NCBI GenBank assembly: GCA_013239625.1
Contig: MU054117.1
Span: forward strand, 746,001-806,000
Direction: 5' to 3'
From: Lama guanicoe
Taxonomy: Eukaryota
DNA: 60,000 nt
The position numbers and the translations under genes were made by a program. The notes beneath the pieces were generated by a model. The model did no database searches and was not told the DNA's origin. It was given only the letters and a program-made list of their open reading frames with translations. This document shows, piece after piece, positions 24,140-36,165 of this stretch (positions are counted from its first letter, which is position 1; each line of letters opens with the position of its first letter).

Positions 24140-25381
24140 GAAATTTTAAAGCTTAATGGATGGGCTCAAGAGCAGGACGGAAGCAACGGAGGAAACGATC
24201 AGTGAACTCGAAGACAGAACAACAGAAACCACCCAGCATGAACAACAGACGGACAGCAGAAGCGAGCAGCGTCTCAGACCCGCAGGGCCACGGCCACAGA
24301 TCCCACGTCCACGTCGTCAGGTCCAGAAGGCGGAGAGAAGGAGGGTGGGACTGGAGACGTGTTCAAAAAAGTAACAGTGAGAGTTCCCCAAACTTGGCAA
24401 CACATATAAACCGACAGACTCAAGAAGCTGAGCGAGTCCAGAAAAGGATGAACCCACCCCAAGATGCATCCTTGTCCACCTCCCGAAGGCCAAGGCCAAA
24501 GCAACCCCTCCGCAGCAGGGAGAGAAACGAGCAGGCCGTCCAGGTGGACGGTTCTCGTCAGAGACTGCGGGCGGCAGCCGGCAGGAAACGGCGCTTGCAA
24601 GCCCCAAATGAAGGGAGCTGCCCGCCCAGGTTCCACACCAGCAGACCCTTCGAGCGAGAGGGGAAACCCGTGCATTTTCACAGACGAAGAGAGACTAAGA
24701 GGATGCGTTGCCAGCAGGCCTGCCTCCCCAACAGCGAAGGCAAGTTCTCTGAATAGAAAGGAAGGAAACTTTTTAGAAAGAAAGGGACCTTAGATCATCA
24801 GGAGGAAGGAGCGGGAGGAGCAAAAACGCGGGCAAATCCTGCAGATGTCCGCTCTCCCCGGGGGTTTCCAAATTACATTTGCTGGTTAAAACCAACGTTA
24901 CAGCACAAACGGGCCCCTGCGCGTGGGGGGAGTGCCCACGGCCACCACACCGCAAGTGGAGCGGGGCGGCGGTAAAGGAGCCGCGGCCCGTCAGAATTGG
25001 TGGAAGGCAGTGCCGGGGGGGGGCACCGCTCAGCGGCAGAGCGCCTGCCGAGCACGCCCGAGTCCTGGCAGACGGGCCAACCGCGTGTACATAACGTAAC
25101 ACTAGCGTAGTCATTCACACAACAGCCTCAAACGACAAACTGACAGAAGCGGGTGGGGGAGGGTGGCGTGACTCAGGGGGGCAGCAGGACGGAGACCTTC
25201 GTGGTGACGGGCAGCCCTGTGTCCTGACTGTGCCCAAATCCACACAAGGGACAGCCCGTGTACCGAGCCAGGTCCCAGGTTTGACACTGTACTGCCACGA
25301 TGCCAGATGTCACCCTGGGGCACAGCGACCTCTACCTCGGGAAGCTTCTGTGAATTCATAATTATTTAAAAATTTAAAAAT
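24140..25381 (+). mobile_element. Ancient L1 (L1MC-like) remnant: ORF1 and inter-ORF region joined to a 3' end
   Basis: ORF1-like MDGLKSRTEATEETISELEDRTTETTQHEQQ (24156-24374); ccccaaacttggcaacacatataaacc...caagaagctgagcga; 3' end gatgtcaccctgggg...cttctgtgaattcataattatttaaaaatttaaaa. Confidence 0.75.
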
Positions 25382-27385
25382 CCTAAACGCATGAGGTGCC
25401 TCGGATCAGCAGAAGGTGTCCACGTCCCTCCCCCGACCACCCTCCGGGCGTGGACCCCCCTCCAGGGAGTCCAGACCAGCAGCAGTGGCTGTGAGGGGGG
25501 CACAGGGAGGCGGGGGTGCTCCCCAGCCCTTCACGGTGTGTCTGCGGGACACCTGCTGCTGCGAGGAACTGCGCCAGGCGACCGAGGGGCCCCGGGAGCG
25601 CGGCCGGCACATACGCCTCCCCGAGATCCCAAAGCGCGACGTTTCCCGGTTCCTCTCCGTCTCTTACAAGTTCAGTTCTTTGCAAAGAACCACCACCAAA
25701 ACCCAGCCACAAACGTGGGATCCTTCACTGGGAACCTCAGCTGCTTCCTTTCTTCCCCTCTAACAGGCAATCAGCCAGCAGGTGAGGTACCTCGCTTATC
25801 TTACTGTGGTCTGCCCACGTCATCTTCTGGAACCTGGGGTCTCTCTCCGTCCGGGGGGGGTGTGCCCCTCACCCCCAGCCACGTGGGGAGGCCCCGCACA
25901 GCAGGAGGAGGACGTCTCACTGCCCGGCTCAGCACGTGATCGCTCAGGGCTCCACGTGGTCGCACGTCCCTGATTTAATCTTGCCCGTGAATGCTAGTTG
26001 TAAACCCACAGAGCGGCCCTGCCTGCAGAAGGCCCTCTGCGGCCCCCTGGCCTGGGCAAGTGTCCTCCACGCAAAGAAGAGGAACACCTGGGGCGCCAGG
26101 CCGAGGGGATGGGCCAAGGGAAACTCGCTTCACCCGAAAGAGGTTTCAGCTCCGCCCGCGAACCCCTCTGGCGGACACGAGGGAGTGGTAACAGGTGCGT
26201 CCTGAGGGGCTTGGGCCCCGGCAGTTTCGAGGGCGGCGGACAGACGCCCATCTTCCCTGTGGCGCTGCAATGACGGTTTTGCTGGGGGCCTGGGAGGAGG
26301 GTCTCTGCCCTCTCCAGCGAGGCCCACAGACAGCGGCAGTGTCAACACGGCCTCCGGAGGGGGACAGGGACCCGCTCACGGCCAGGAAGGACCGCCCCAC
26401 TGGCTGGACCAAGTCCAGGGGTGCCCCGTGACCGGCGAGGCAGTTCTGCCCAGAGGACCTCTAAGGAATTAAGCGTTTGCCCGAAGAGCAACAGGCAGCT
26501 CTGAGGAAGCCCCCGGGATGTCCGGGCAGGGCTGTGGTTAAGGGTCGGTGGCAGGGAAGGCGCCGCAGGCTCCACGCCTCCCCCAGTGACACAGAGGACA
26601 CCCGCCCAGGGCTTGCCGGCAGGTGGGGGGGGCGGCTGCTCAGAGTCCCCGCTCATCTGTTATTCCCGTACGAGTCCTAATCACACAGTGTCAGCGCATC
26701 TATAAATTATCTTGTCTCTCTGCAGCTGCCAGGAGTGATGAAAGCTGTCATTTAATCAAAAAAGTTTAAATTAATTAAACGGGAAAAAAAGGACGGGAGA
26801 GGAGAGCGCCGGAAGCGGCTGCTGCGGCCTCGCGGGGCTGTCTGCCACGCGGCGTCGGGTTCCCCGACCCCCACCCCCTGGGGCCGGGCCCTCGGAAACA
26901 CCCCCACCTGCAGCCCCCGCCCCCGAAAGACGAGGCACCGGAAACCCACGCGGCTGGGCAGCTGCGGGCAGGACCCGGGTCCGTAACACCAGACGGATCT
27001 TCGGCTGGGTTGGGTCTGCTTCTGCTTGATTTGGGGGCTGCGACCCCGGTCAGAAAGGGTTAAGGGCATGAAACACAGGTCGACCTGTGAGAATTTTGAG
27101 AAAAGTCGCGTATCTCCCGTCACGGCGGCCCCACGCCCTGTCCGTGCACCGTGCGCCGTGCGCCTGCTGCCACCTCAGGGCCGAGGTCCCCGCCCCGGCC
27201 CCGACGAGGCCGCTCCACTCCCCGGCTCCCAGACCGCATGCCTGCCCTGTCAGCCCTCACCCTCACAGACAACAGAACAATCCTGCTCCCAGCAGGGTCC
27301 AGCGGGCAGGAGACCCTAGTGCACTCGTCATCCTCTACGTACTGTGACTGATAACGGTTCAAACCACGGCTCAGTAAGTCCTCCG

Positions 27386-27728
27386 TCACTCACACGTGGA
27401 ATCTAGAACAGTGATACAAATGAACTTACTTGTGAAGCAGAAACAGTCTCAGACACAGAAAACAAACTTGCGGTTTCGGGAAGAGGGAGGGGGAGGGAGG
27501 GGGAGGGAGGAAACGGGAGCCCGGGATTAGCAGACACGCGCTACTGTGTATAAAACAAGTGAACGACAAGGTCCCGCTGTGCAGCACAGGGAGATACACT
27601 CAATAGCTTGTAACAGCCTATAAGGAGAACGAACAAATAACAGACGTGTGACTGAATCACTCTGCTGGACGCGACACTAACACGACACTGTAAGTCAGCT
27701 CTACCACAACTAAGAAAAGAGAATAAAC
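27386..27728 (+). mobile_element. Artiodactyl L1 3' end fragment
   Basis: tcactcacacgtggaatctagaa...atacaaatgaacttact...agacacagaaaacaaactt...G-rich tract...acaaggtcccgctgtgcagcacaggga...actgaatcactctgctg...A-rich tail. Confidence 0.9.
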
Positions 27729-27859
27729 CCTGAAGGGAGCGATGTTCTGCTGACAGTGCGGGAGCTGCAGGGCCCCGCTGTGGCCCCAGGACCGGGCCCG
27801 GGAGGCCCCCCGACACCAGGACCCCCAAGGCTGGCTGGACCGTCGCGGCCAGGGCACAC

Positions 27860-28080
27860 CTGGTCGCCTCCAGTCCCCTGCAACATCAGTGTAGTGCTGT
27901 GCGATTTATAAATGGAGTCCACGTGCAAGGAAGTCAGAGCCCGTGTCAGCATCCCCATTTCCCAGATGGGCCACTGAGACTCGGCAAGGCTCGGTGCCTT
28001 GCTGAAGGTCACACAGCAGGACGTGGCAGAGTGAGTCCTGGGACACCAGGGCCTCTGTTTTCTGCATCCACGTGGCCCGC
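27860..28080 (-). mobile_element. MIR
   Basis: catccccatttcccagatgggccactgagactcgg...gccttgctgaaggtcacacagcaggacgtggcagag. Confidence 0.75.
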
Positions 28081-31000
28081 AGGCGACCTCCCGCCGCCTC
28101 CTCCAGCTGGTTGGCTCCCGTCTGCGGAGCGCCCCACCTGGCTCTGGCCCCAGGGAGTGAGCGCACGGCGGGGCTCCAAACTGCGCCCTTGGGCTGGGGC
28201 TCCCTTCCAGCCCTGCTGCGTGCACGCACCCTCCCCTCACCTCACGAGCATCCTCAAGGCGCCGGGAAAGAGAGGAGAGGCCTGGAGCGCTGCCAGCCAG
28301 TAAGAGAGACTGTCAGGAAGGTGAGGTGCTGCCTGGCTGATGACCCAGCTCCAGGCGGAAACCACGGTTTCCTCAAGCAGGACGTTCCAGCACCTGGGGC
28401 TGGCACTGCCCCCTGGTTACCGAGACGCTGCGATCAGCTCGCACTCTCGCTCTGCCCGGAGGCTGGACGCGCAGCGCCCACGCCTGCACCACGGCCACGA
28501 CGCTCTGGGCCAGGGTTTCCAGCCGCTGTCAGGAGGCTCACGCCACGTCTGGGCCTCCTTCAATTAACAGAAAACCAGGTGACACCTGTTCTCTTCCTCT
28601 GTATCACGGAGACACTCGGAAATTTGCAGAAAGGGGGGCCGTGGTACAGAAGCCCCTGACGCACAGCCGGGTTTGCAGTTTTATGAAGCAGAGGCTCGGC
28701 GCTCTCCGTGCGGCAGACACACTGTCAGTGCTTGCCTTGCGGATCTTAAGTCGATCCTCACAGTCATCCTGTAACTGCCATTTATTACGCGCGTTTAACG
28801 GTGGGAGGCGGAGGCTCAGGAGGGTAAGCAGGTCGGCAGGGGAGCCGAGTGAAAGCAGCGGGAGCCGGGACTCGCTCTCAGGCTCGGGGCCTGTCCTGTC
28901 CGTCCTTCACCACCTCAGCGCGCGTCTGCCCAGGCAGGATCGGGACAGAGCCCTGGCGCGCCCCGTGGGCCGGCTCTGGAACCTTCCTCACGCCACCGCC
29001 TCAGTCCCCCGTGTCTGGAGGGGACCCCTGCCCTACCTACTCGCCTCGCAGGTTGTCAGACGGCCGGATGAGGCCGTAGCCATGAGAACGTGTTACTGCG
29101 AGGGCGTCTGTAACGCAAGTCCCCCACGTGCTACGTCCGGCCCCTTGGAAGTGCAGGTCCGTCCTCCTCGGTGGGCCTGCTGTTGGGCCCTGAATCTGCA
29201 GCTAGCCAGGAGGGCCGTTTGTCTCATCTGACTCAGCGCTACCAGAGGACTCCGTACGAAAAATGCCAAATAAAGATCTGGGGGAGCGCGGCTGGGTGGC
29301 TGATGGAGCACGAGCATAAAAAGGCAACTTTAGCTTTTTCTTCAAAAACCCACTCTTCCAACCTTGATCGTGAAGCTTCGGATAAACAGGAAAAGAGCTC
29401 GGAGGCCCACACCCAGGGGACCTGCCTTACAGCTGGGCCGCGGGGCCGGGCGTCCCATCCCGCAGACCCAGTGCCCCGAGCACCTGCCCATTTGGCCTGG
29501 CCCTGGCCCTGGCCCGGGGAGGCGGAGCCCATCCCCACCCTGAGGCCCCACGAGGAGGCCAACACCCCGGAAGGGCAGAAGAGTCCAAGCCACACGCACC
29601 GGCGATGTGGGCACCCAGCTGGCCAGCCGGCACCTGCGGTGTCCGGGGCCGGGCTGTGGGGCCACCCCACCCGCCCCAGGAGTCCCCGTGAGGCAGTGGC
29701 CAGGAGGCCTCAGAAGACTAGAGGTTTGGGACAGTAGGGGTTAGACCAGCCCAGGGCGCCAGCCCGTGGGGGAGGTGCACCGAGCCGGGGCCTGCTGGCT
29801 GGTCTGCCTTCCCAGCCCTTCAGTAAGCAACGGTGAGGGACGGGACGTGAGCCCAGCTGGGGATGCTCTGTCTGGGGGGGCAGGCACACAGGTGGGGAGC
29901 ACTGGTCGGCGGGTTCTTGCGGACGGAGCTTCCCATGTGGGGACTGGTCAGGGGAGGCGCCACTAAGGGTGACATTTGAGTTGCCTTCCAGGACAGTGGT
30001 GCTGGGCCTCCAAGCAGAGCACAGATTGCCAAGCTCGGGGGGACGTCTGAGAAACGGGGTTCAGAATGGCTGCCGGGCGTCCTGGGTGGGCAGGGCCACG
30101 GGAGGGCCCATGTGCTGGGCTCGGGGCACAGGCCGCCCCTCCGGCCTGGGAGTCCACGAGGCTTCTGAAAGGGACCTGCATCATCAGATCGCATTTCCAA
30201 AATACGGCCCTAGGAGCTGGGCCGAGGATGGCTGGCCGCATGGTCACCGACTCACAGGCGCCTCAGAGCACGTCAGCAGTAGTCAGACGGCGGCCAAGAC
30301 ATGCGTGAGCCTGCGGGCTGGAGGAGGCTGCCGCAGCGGGACGTCACCCAGACAGGCGGTGGCCGGTGAGCTGAGGGCCCTTCCCGCCCTGCCGGCCTCC
30401 CAGGATGGGGACGGGGGGGGGGCAGGGCCGGCCTCCACCAGGGCACATGGTCAGGTCCCCATGCTTGTCCCCGGGCCAGGCCGCGGCCTTCCTCCCGGGC
30501 CCATGGTTTACAGCAAAGCACCTCGGCTGCTCAAAGCGGGGGAACACCCGTCCAGACGTGGGGCAGGTGGTTTGGGAAAGCTCATTCAGTGCGACGCCTT
30601 TACGTGTAGAGGCGGGAACAGGCCCGTCGCTCTGCTAGGTCGAACCTCACCAGGGACGGGGCAGCGCGTGTCCCGGCCAGTGGACGGGCAGCCGGGCGTC
30701 TCCGCGGGATCCCTCTTCGGAGGCGCTGTGAGCAGAGCGCCGTGTGCGTGTGCCTGGGTGCTCAGCTCTGGGCAGCGTCTGAAGCTTTCATCTGACGAGG
30801 ACGAGGTGAGCAAGCACCAAACAGCTGAGAAGGGCAAACGGGCTGGATGGCCCCAGGGAGAAGGGCGCACGGCACAGAAGAGCCCAGAAGCGCCCCGGGC
30901 CTCCAGCCTGCACGTGACCAGACTCCTGGGCTTGGGGTCTGTCGGCCGTTTGGTTTCGTTAAGTGTTCGCGTGCTTCCGAGCAGTGAGGCCCAGCCAAGC

Positions 31001-32429
31001 TTGGACCCAGGCCTCGGGAAAACCACCACCGAGACGGTACATAGCGGGAGAGGCCTCGCTTCACGCCAGAGCCCTTGGCCACAGGAGGCTGCTCTGCGGT
31101 CCCCAGAAATTTAAAAGGTGGTGGCAGGGCAAGGCCTGGTGACAACCACTCACCCGCTCTCAGGGGCCCGAGGTCTCAGCCGGGTCGTGGAGGACCGCAG
31201 CCCGGGCAGCCGGCGCTGCTCGGCTGGGTCAGAGGTCAAAGCTCAGCACAGCCCCCAGGCCACTGACCCCATCGGGCTGGCCCCGAGCCACCGGTCCCAC
31301 TGGACTGCCTTTCTGCCCCCCGACCCCAGGCAGAGAGAAGAGCCCTCTTCTCTGGGAGACCTCGCGTCCTGAGACCGGAAAGGGAGCCGGAACGGCTCTG
31401 CTAGGGAGACGCTCAGGAGCAGCCGACTGCAAGCGCTCCCACACGCCTCCCGGCCCCTCTGCCGGCTGTTCCCGCCTCAGGAGCTCGAGAGCGGGCGCGC
31501 GTCCCTGGGACACACACAGGTGGCGCAGCCCAGACCCTGAGACGCCCTCCTCCCCAGAAGCGCTTCATTCGACCGGGGCGCGGACTCGACGCCAAGACCG
31601 CACACAACACACGTGCAGGCGCCCGTCCCACGCCAGCTCCTCCCCTTATCTGACCAGGGCCATCCACACTGAAGTCCAAAGTCAGGGGCAGACCACGGGC
31701 TGGGCACCCCGGCTCCGGGGAGTCAGACCACACTCTCCTCCCCCAGGCGACGGCCACCTCCCACCTGGGCGTCAGCAACTCTCCCGCAGCCCAAGTCCGC
31801 ATCCTCCGCACATCTGACAGCGGAAAGACCGCTCTACACAGACGCACCCTCGAGACCTAGAACCACCCTCTGTGCTCTGTGCCCCGACACAGGGCTTTCT
31901 CAGAAATCCGCCACCACCCGGCGGATGCGCCCAAGGAGCCGGCAAGTCACGTGCCTTCTCTTCCCCGCAGCCGACGAGGTCAGCTCGCAGGGGCCCAGAC
32001 AGGTGGGCGGCCAGCAGGGCCCGCGGCTTCCTGGAGGGAAGAGGCTGTGTTGCCAAGTCCTTCTAACGAGCCCGGAACTGGAGAAGAATGAAGACCCTGT
32101 GCGTGAACAAAGGCTAATTATCTGATGAAAATAGTTTGCCGGCAACTATGAAAAGACTGTAAACAGACAGCTCCCCAGAATAGCCACTTATTCACATTGT
32201 TTCTCTCTCGTTTACCGTCGCGGAACAATTCATTCTAGGCCTGTGTTTGGGGGTGATGTCGACTTGAGAACGGTGAGAACTCTTCAGCAGATCCGCGGAA
32301 AGCGTATCTGGCTTCCTTCACTTCAGAATCGGGTTTGGGAGCCAGAGGGCACTGGGAGCATGTGAAATTCTAAGAGCCAGACCAAGAGGTGATCCGCGCA
32401 GTGACGCCCGGAGCAGCCCCGTGGTGACG

Positions 32430-32577
32430 GGGACGCGCCCTGGCCACGCCGTCCAGTGTGACGGCCCGAGCCATGTGGCTCGTGGGATTGAAGAACTGAA
32501 TTTTTATTTAATTTTAATCGATTTTCATGTGAATGGCCACACCTGGCTAGCGGCCAAGGTGCCGGCTAGCGCAGGTC
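32430..32577. mobile_element. hAT-Charlie MITE, MER3-like
   Basis: gccatgtggct...gattgaagaactgaatttttatttaattttaat...atggccacacctggctagcggcc...agcgcagg. Confidence 0.75.
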
Positions 32578-34369
32578 CGCGGGGCGGAGGTCAGCCTGCC
32601 TCGTCCTGAAGAGCCCAGAACGCGCAGCTGTCCCTCAGGAATTCACTGTGAGGGAGCCTTCCCCAGGCCTCCGCTGGCCTGGAAAGAGACGCTCTGCCCT
32701 AACCAGCTCCCCCTCACACCTCAGACGTCCTCCTTCGCCTCCACTCCGATGTCTTCAAGGAGTGGGCGGCATTCCTCTCCCCACCGCCCGGCCCCTCGAG
32801 CCTGGCTCCTGCCCGGTCACCTTCCCAAATGGCCATCCGGTCCTGAGACCCAGCGGCCCCCCTTTGGTCACCATGGTGTCCCAGGGTGTCCCTGTCCCCC
32901 GGCTTCCTGGACAGACCCCTCGGCTCCCCCACATGCTAACTGTTCCTTCTGAAGGGCCTTTTCACGGGTCCCCTTCCTTGGGGGCGAGTCGTTTCCCAAG
33001 GATGACCCCTGGGCCTGAGGTCCTGTCAGTTCCACACTTGCTCCCTGACCTACAGCCCTGTCTTCAGTAAACCCAGCGAGGAGCCAGGATTTTCAGCACG
33101 AGTCCATCCTCACAGCCCCAGACATGGCCTGCGTCACTGCACGGCTCAGAGAACGGAAGCCCCCTCCTCTTGGCCCTGCAGAGCAGGCCCCTGGGAGACG
33201 CGAGGTGGGGCCGGGGTCTGCATGCAGGGAAAGGAAAACAGCTCAGGCCCTGACACAGCAGGAGGACGAGGCCGGGGACGAGGAGCCTGTCCCCCCAGGA
33301 GGGGTCCCCCGCCCCCGCCCCGAGCAGCTGGGCCGCTCACGGCCCTACGCCCAGTTCTGAGTCCGACACAACGTCCCGAGGTGACAGGTGAGAGGTGCGC
33401 TTGTGCGGCTCGGAGGAGAGACTAGGAAGAAGGCTTAACTCCCGTCCTCGAGACCAGGAAGAACCTTGCAGGAAGACAGCGACCCGCGGTTCCCGTCCCA
33501 GGACAGCAGACGGGCCGCAGGCAGCAGGAGGGAGGGGCAGGTGGTGGCGGCCGTCAGGAGAAGCAAGAAGGTGGGCCTACAGGTGTCAGAGTGCAAGAGA
33601 CCCTCGTCCAGTGGCTGGGGCCCCGGGTGGGGGCAGCCGTGAGCTCCCAGGACCTCGAGGGCCCTGTGATTTCGTGCTCACCAGCACCTGGCGGGGGAGC
33701 CGGAGGTGAAGTGCGAGACTGTTAGACTCCTGGAGGAGAAGTGAAGGAGACGGACGGATGGGCCGCTCCCTCCCGTCTCCCGCCCTCGGCTGCTCTGTGC
33801 TGGGCTGTGGGTCCCGGCCTCTGGGGGCCTCGGGGCAAAGGGCAGTCAGCGGTATCTTTGGTGCCTTCTGCTGTGACGCGGTTTGAGTGTCGAGCTCGTC
33901 CCAGGAAGGCCTGGGAAAAGGCTCCTTCCCCTGCCCGGGCGCTGACGCGACGTCCTCTCTGGGGCTGACGGTTCTTGCTACTCACGCTGTCACTACAGAC
34001 GAGGTGGCGACCGCGCCCGCTCGCCCTGCTGGCTCCCTGACCCCCTTCCTCCACCTGGGAATGTAGGCCTCCTGTTTAGAGCTGGGTGGGTTTACTCTGG
34101 ACCTCAGCCGACCCCTCCCTCCCCCAGACAGGAGACCCCAGCACGTAGAAACAGAGGAGAGAGGGTGCCTTTCCGCCATGTGGCCAGCCCTGCATCGCAC
34201 AGGAGCCACCGGGTCCCGAAGGACGGGCACGTTTGGTGGAGGTTTACTGTGGCCGCCAGGCTGCCCACTTCGGTGTCCTGGCTCCCCGTCCGCCCTCTCT
34301 CCAGGCCCTCCGGGGGTGCAGGGAGCCTGTGGGATGCAAAGGTGAAGCTCACTCGCCACTGACACGCCG

Positions 34370-34510
34370 GGTGCACCTTACACGTGAGAGGCTGAGGCGC
34401 AGGAGGCGCAGGAGATTAAGCCATCTGCCCGGGTCAGAGTTAGTGGGCAATGGTGCTGGGCCTTGTGCCCAGACGGACACCGTTCTAGTGGACGCTGGGC
34501 TTCACCATCT
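34370..34510 (-). mobile_element. MIR fragment
   Basis: ttacacgtgagaggctgaggcgca...gattaagccatctgcccgggtcagagttagtgggcaatggtgctggg. Confidence 0.6.
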
Positions 34511-34882
34511 CACCTCTGGCGACGCTGCCCCCTCCCACTTCTGCGGCGAGCCCTGACCCAACGGACTGAGGCCCAGGGCTTGGCTTCCCTGCCTCCCGAG
34601 GGCCCGCGGAACGGCCCAAGGGGCTAAGTGAGCCCGTTCGCTGAGCTCTGCGCTGAGCCACTGCCCAGCGATGCAGGTTCCTTTTCAACACTCGCGGGTG
34701 GTTTCCTTGTTTAATGAGGACATGAAAGAGCGTGCAGGGAGGTCACCCCGGGGTTTGCTGGCTGCAGACCCTTCCATGCAGGGAATGTGTCGCGCACATG
34801 CCGTCCCCTGCCCCGGACCCGACACGCACACGGACGTGGACCACCGCGAGCGGCAGCGCACCGATGCGGTTCTCTCCTTAGA

Positions 34883-35345
34883 GCAGCGGTCTGCAGGCTT
34901 CCTTGTGCCCTGGACCCCTTCTCAGAGGAACATTTTTAAGTGGAAAGAAAGGCTTGCCAAGAAAACCAATTATGTTGAAATACAGTTTTCAGCAGCAGTT
35001 AGAAGTCGCACTTGCAAGATGAAAACACACGTGGTTCTTGGTTTGTGTGTAAGTGACAAAGCACAGTGGACCGCCCGGGCTCGGAAGCGGTGACAAGGGA
35101 AAACCACCCTTCCGAGACACCTGCGGCCACCCTCGTGGGGCGGGAGGTGCCCGTGGTTTTAAATGGTGGACAAGTCATAGAAACTGCCAAACTGTTGTGG
35201 TTCGTAGCCGGCGTCCACAAAGGAATAACGTGGCACCTTACCTGTCAGTAAGAAGCCTGTGAAAATAAAGATCCAATTACTTCCCGTCCAAGTCCACGGG
35301 CCCCTGGAATGCCATCTCCAGAAATCTGAGCCCCAGGTAGGAGCT
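34883..35345. mobile_element. hAT-Charlie DNA transposon, MER119-like
   Basis: tggaccccttctcagaggaacatttttaa...aaaaccaattatgttgaaatacagtt...gtgaaaataaagat...ttcccgtccaagtccacgggcccctg. Confidence 0.75.
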
Positions 35346-36029
35346 GATGATTGGGGGAGGGGTTGGGAAAACAGCAGACAGAGCCCGGCGGCCCGCGGCT
35401 GGAGCAGAGCTCACGTGGAGAGGGCCCTCGGGTCCCGGGCAGCCCTGGGAATGCGTCTCCCAGAGTCTTCCCAGATGCTCCCAGGGTCAAGTAAGGCTGC
35501 TTCCGTCCTCCCCCAGGACAGCCCCGGTACTCTGGGAGATTTTCTCAAGCATTCCCAATAGCCAACCTCATTTTTACTAATTTATTAGTGGAATTTCAAG
35601 CGAGGCAGACTGTCAACTGCCCTGCAGATCAGCCGATCTGAGCGGAACGTGCAGTGGGAGCTGCAGGACGCAGACCCTGGAGGTGGGAGGGAGTCAGAGG
35701 CAGCAGCCTGGGGGCCGGGCTCAGCTCTGAACAGCAGAAGCGGGAGTGGCCTTCAGGGCTGGCCCAGGACCACGAGTGCCTCGGACGAGACAGCCTGGGG
35801 AGGGAGGGAGCCAGCTTCCCAGAGTCACGGCAGGCAAGGTGGGGACACCAGGGTCACACAACGGAGACCATTCCTGGGAGGCAGGAGGTCACTGCATTAA
35901 AGCAGTTCATTTACAGGACATTTGAGCCAAGTGTCCCCCATCCGTCCCATGGCCCGATGCACTCGGCCGGCAGCTCTGAAATCGTCCACCGGAGGAGCAG
36001 GATGGGTGCTGGGGGAGCGTCTCCCCTGC

Positions 36030-36165
36030 AGCCTTACCCTTTGGTCCAGGGACCCCTTTGAGAATCAGAGGCAAGCAGTGGACTCGACTCCCTGAGAAAC
36101 GCCCAGAAGCTCATCCACATTCTGCAGATGGTTTCAGGAGCTCAGAGGCCCTTTGCAGCCTGTCC
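36030..36165. mobile_element. Short hAT-Charlie remnant (Charlie4z-like)
   Basis: ggaccccttt gagaatcagaggcaagcagtggactc...ttctgcagatggtttcagg. Confidence 0.55.

Noticed and set aside
29969..31114. 381-aa ORF, the longest in the track
   Set aside because: It has low-complexity G/R/P/A composition, no recognisable domain and no ATG start, and it is antisense within an intron. Long ORFs are expected at this GC content.
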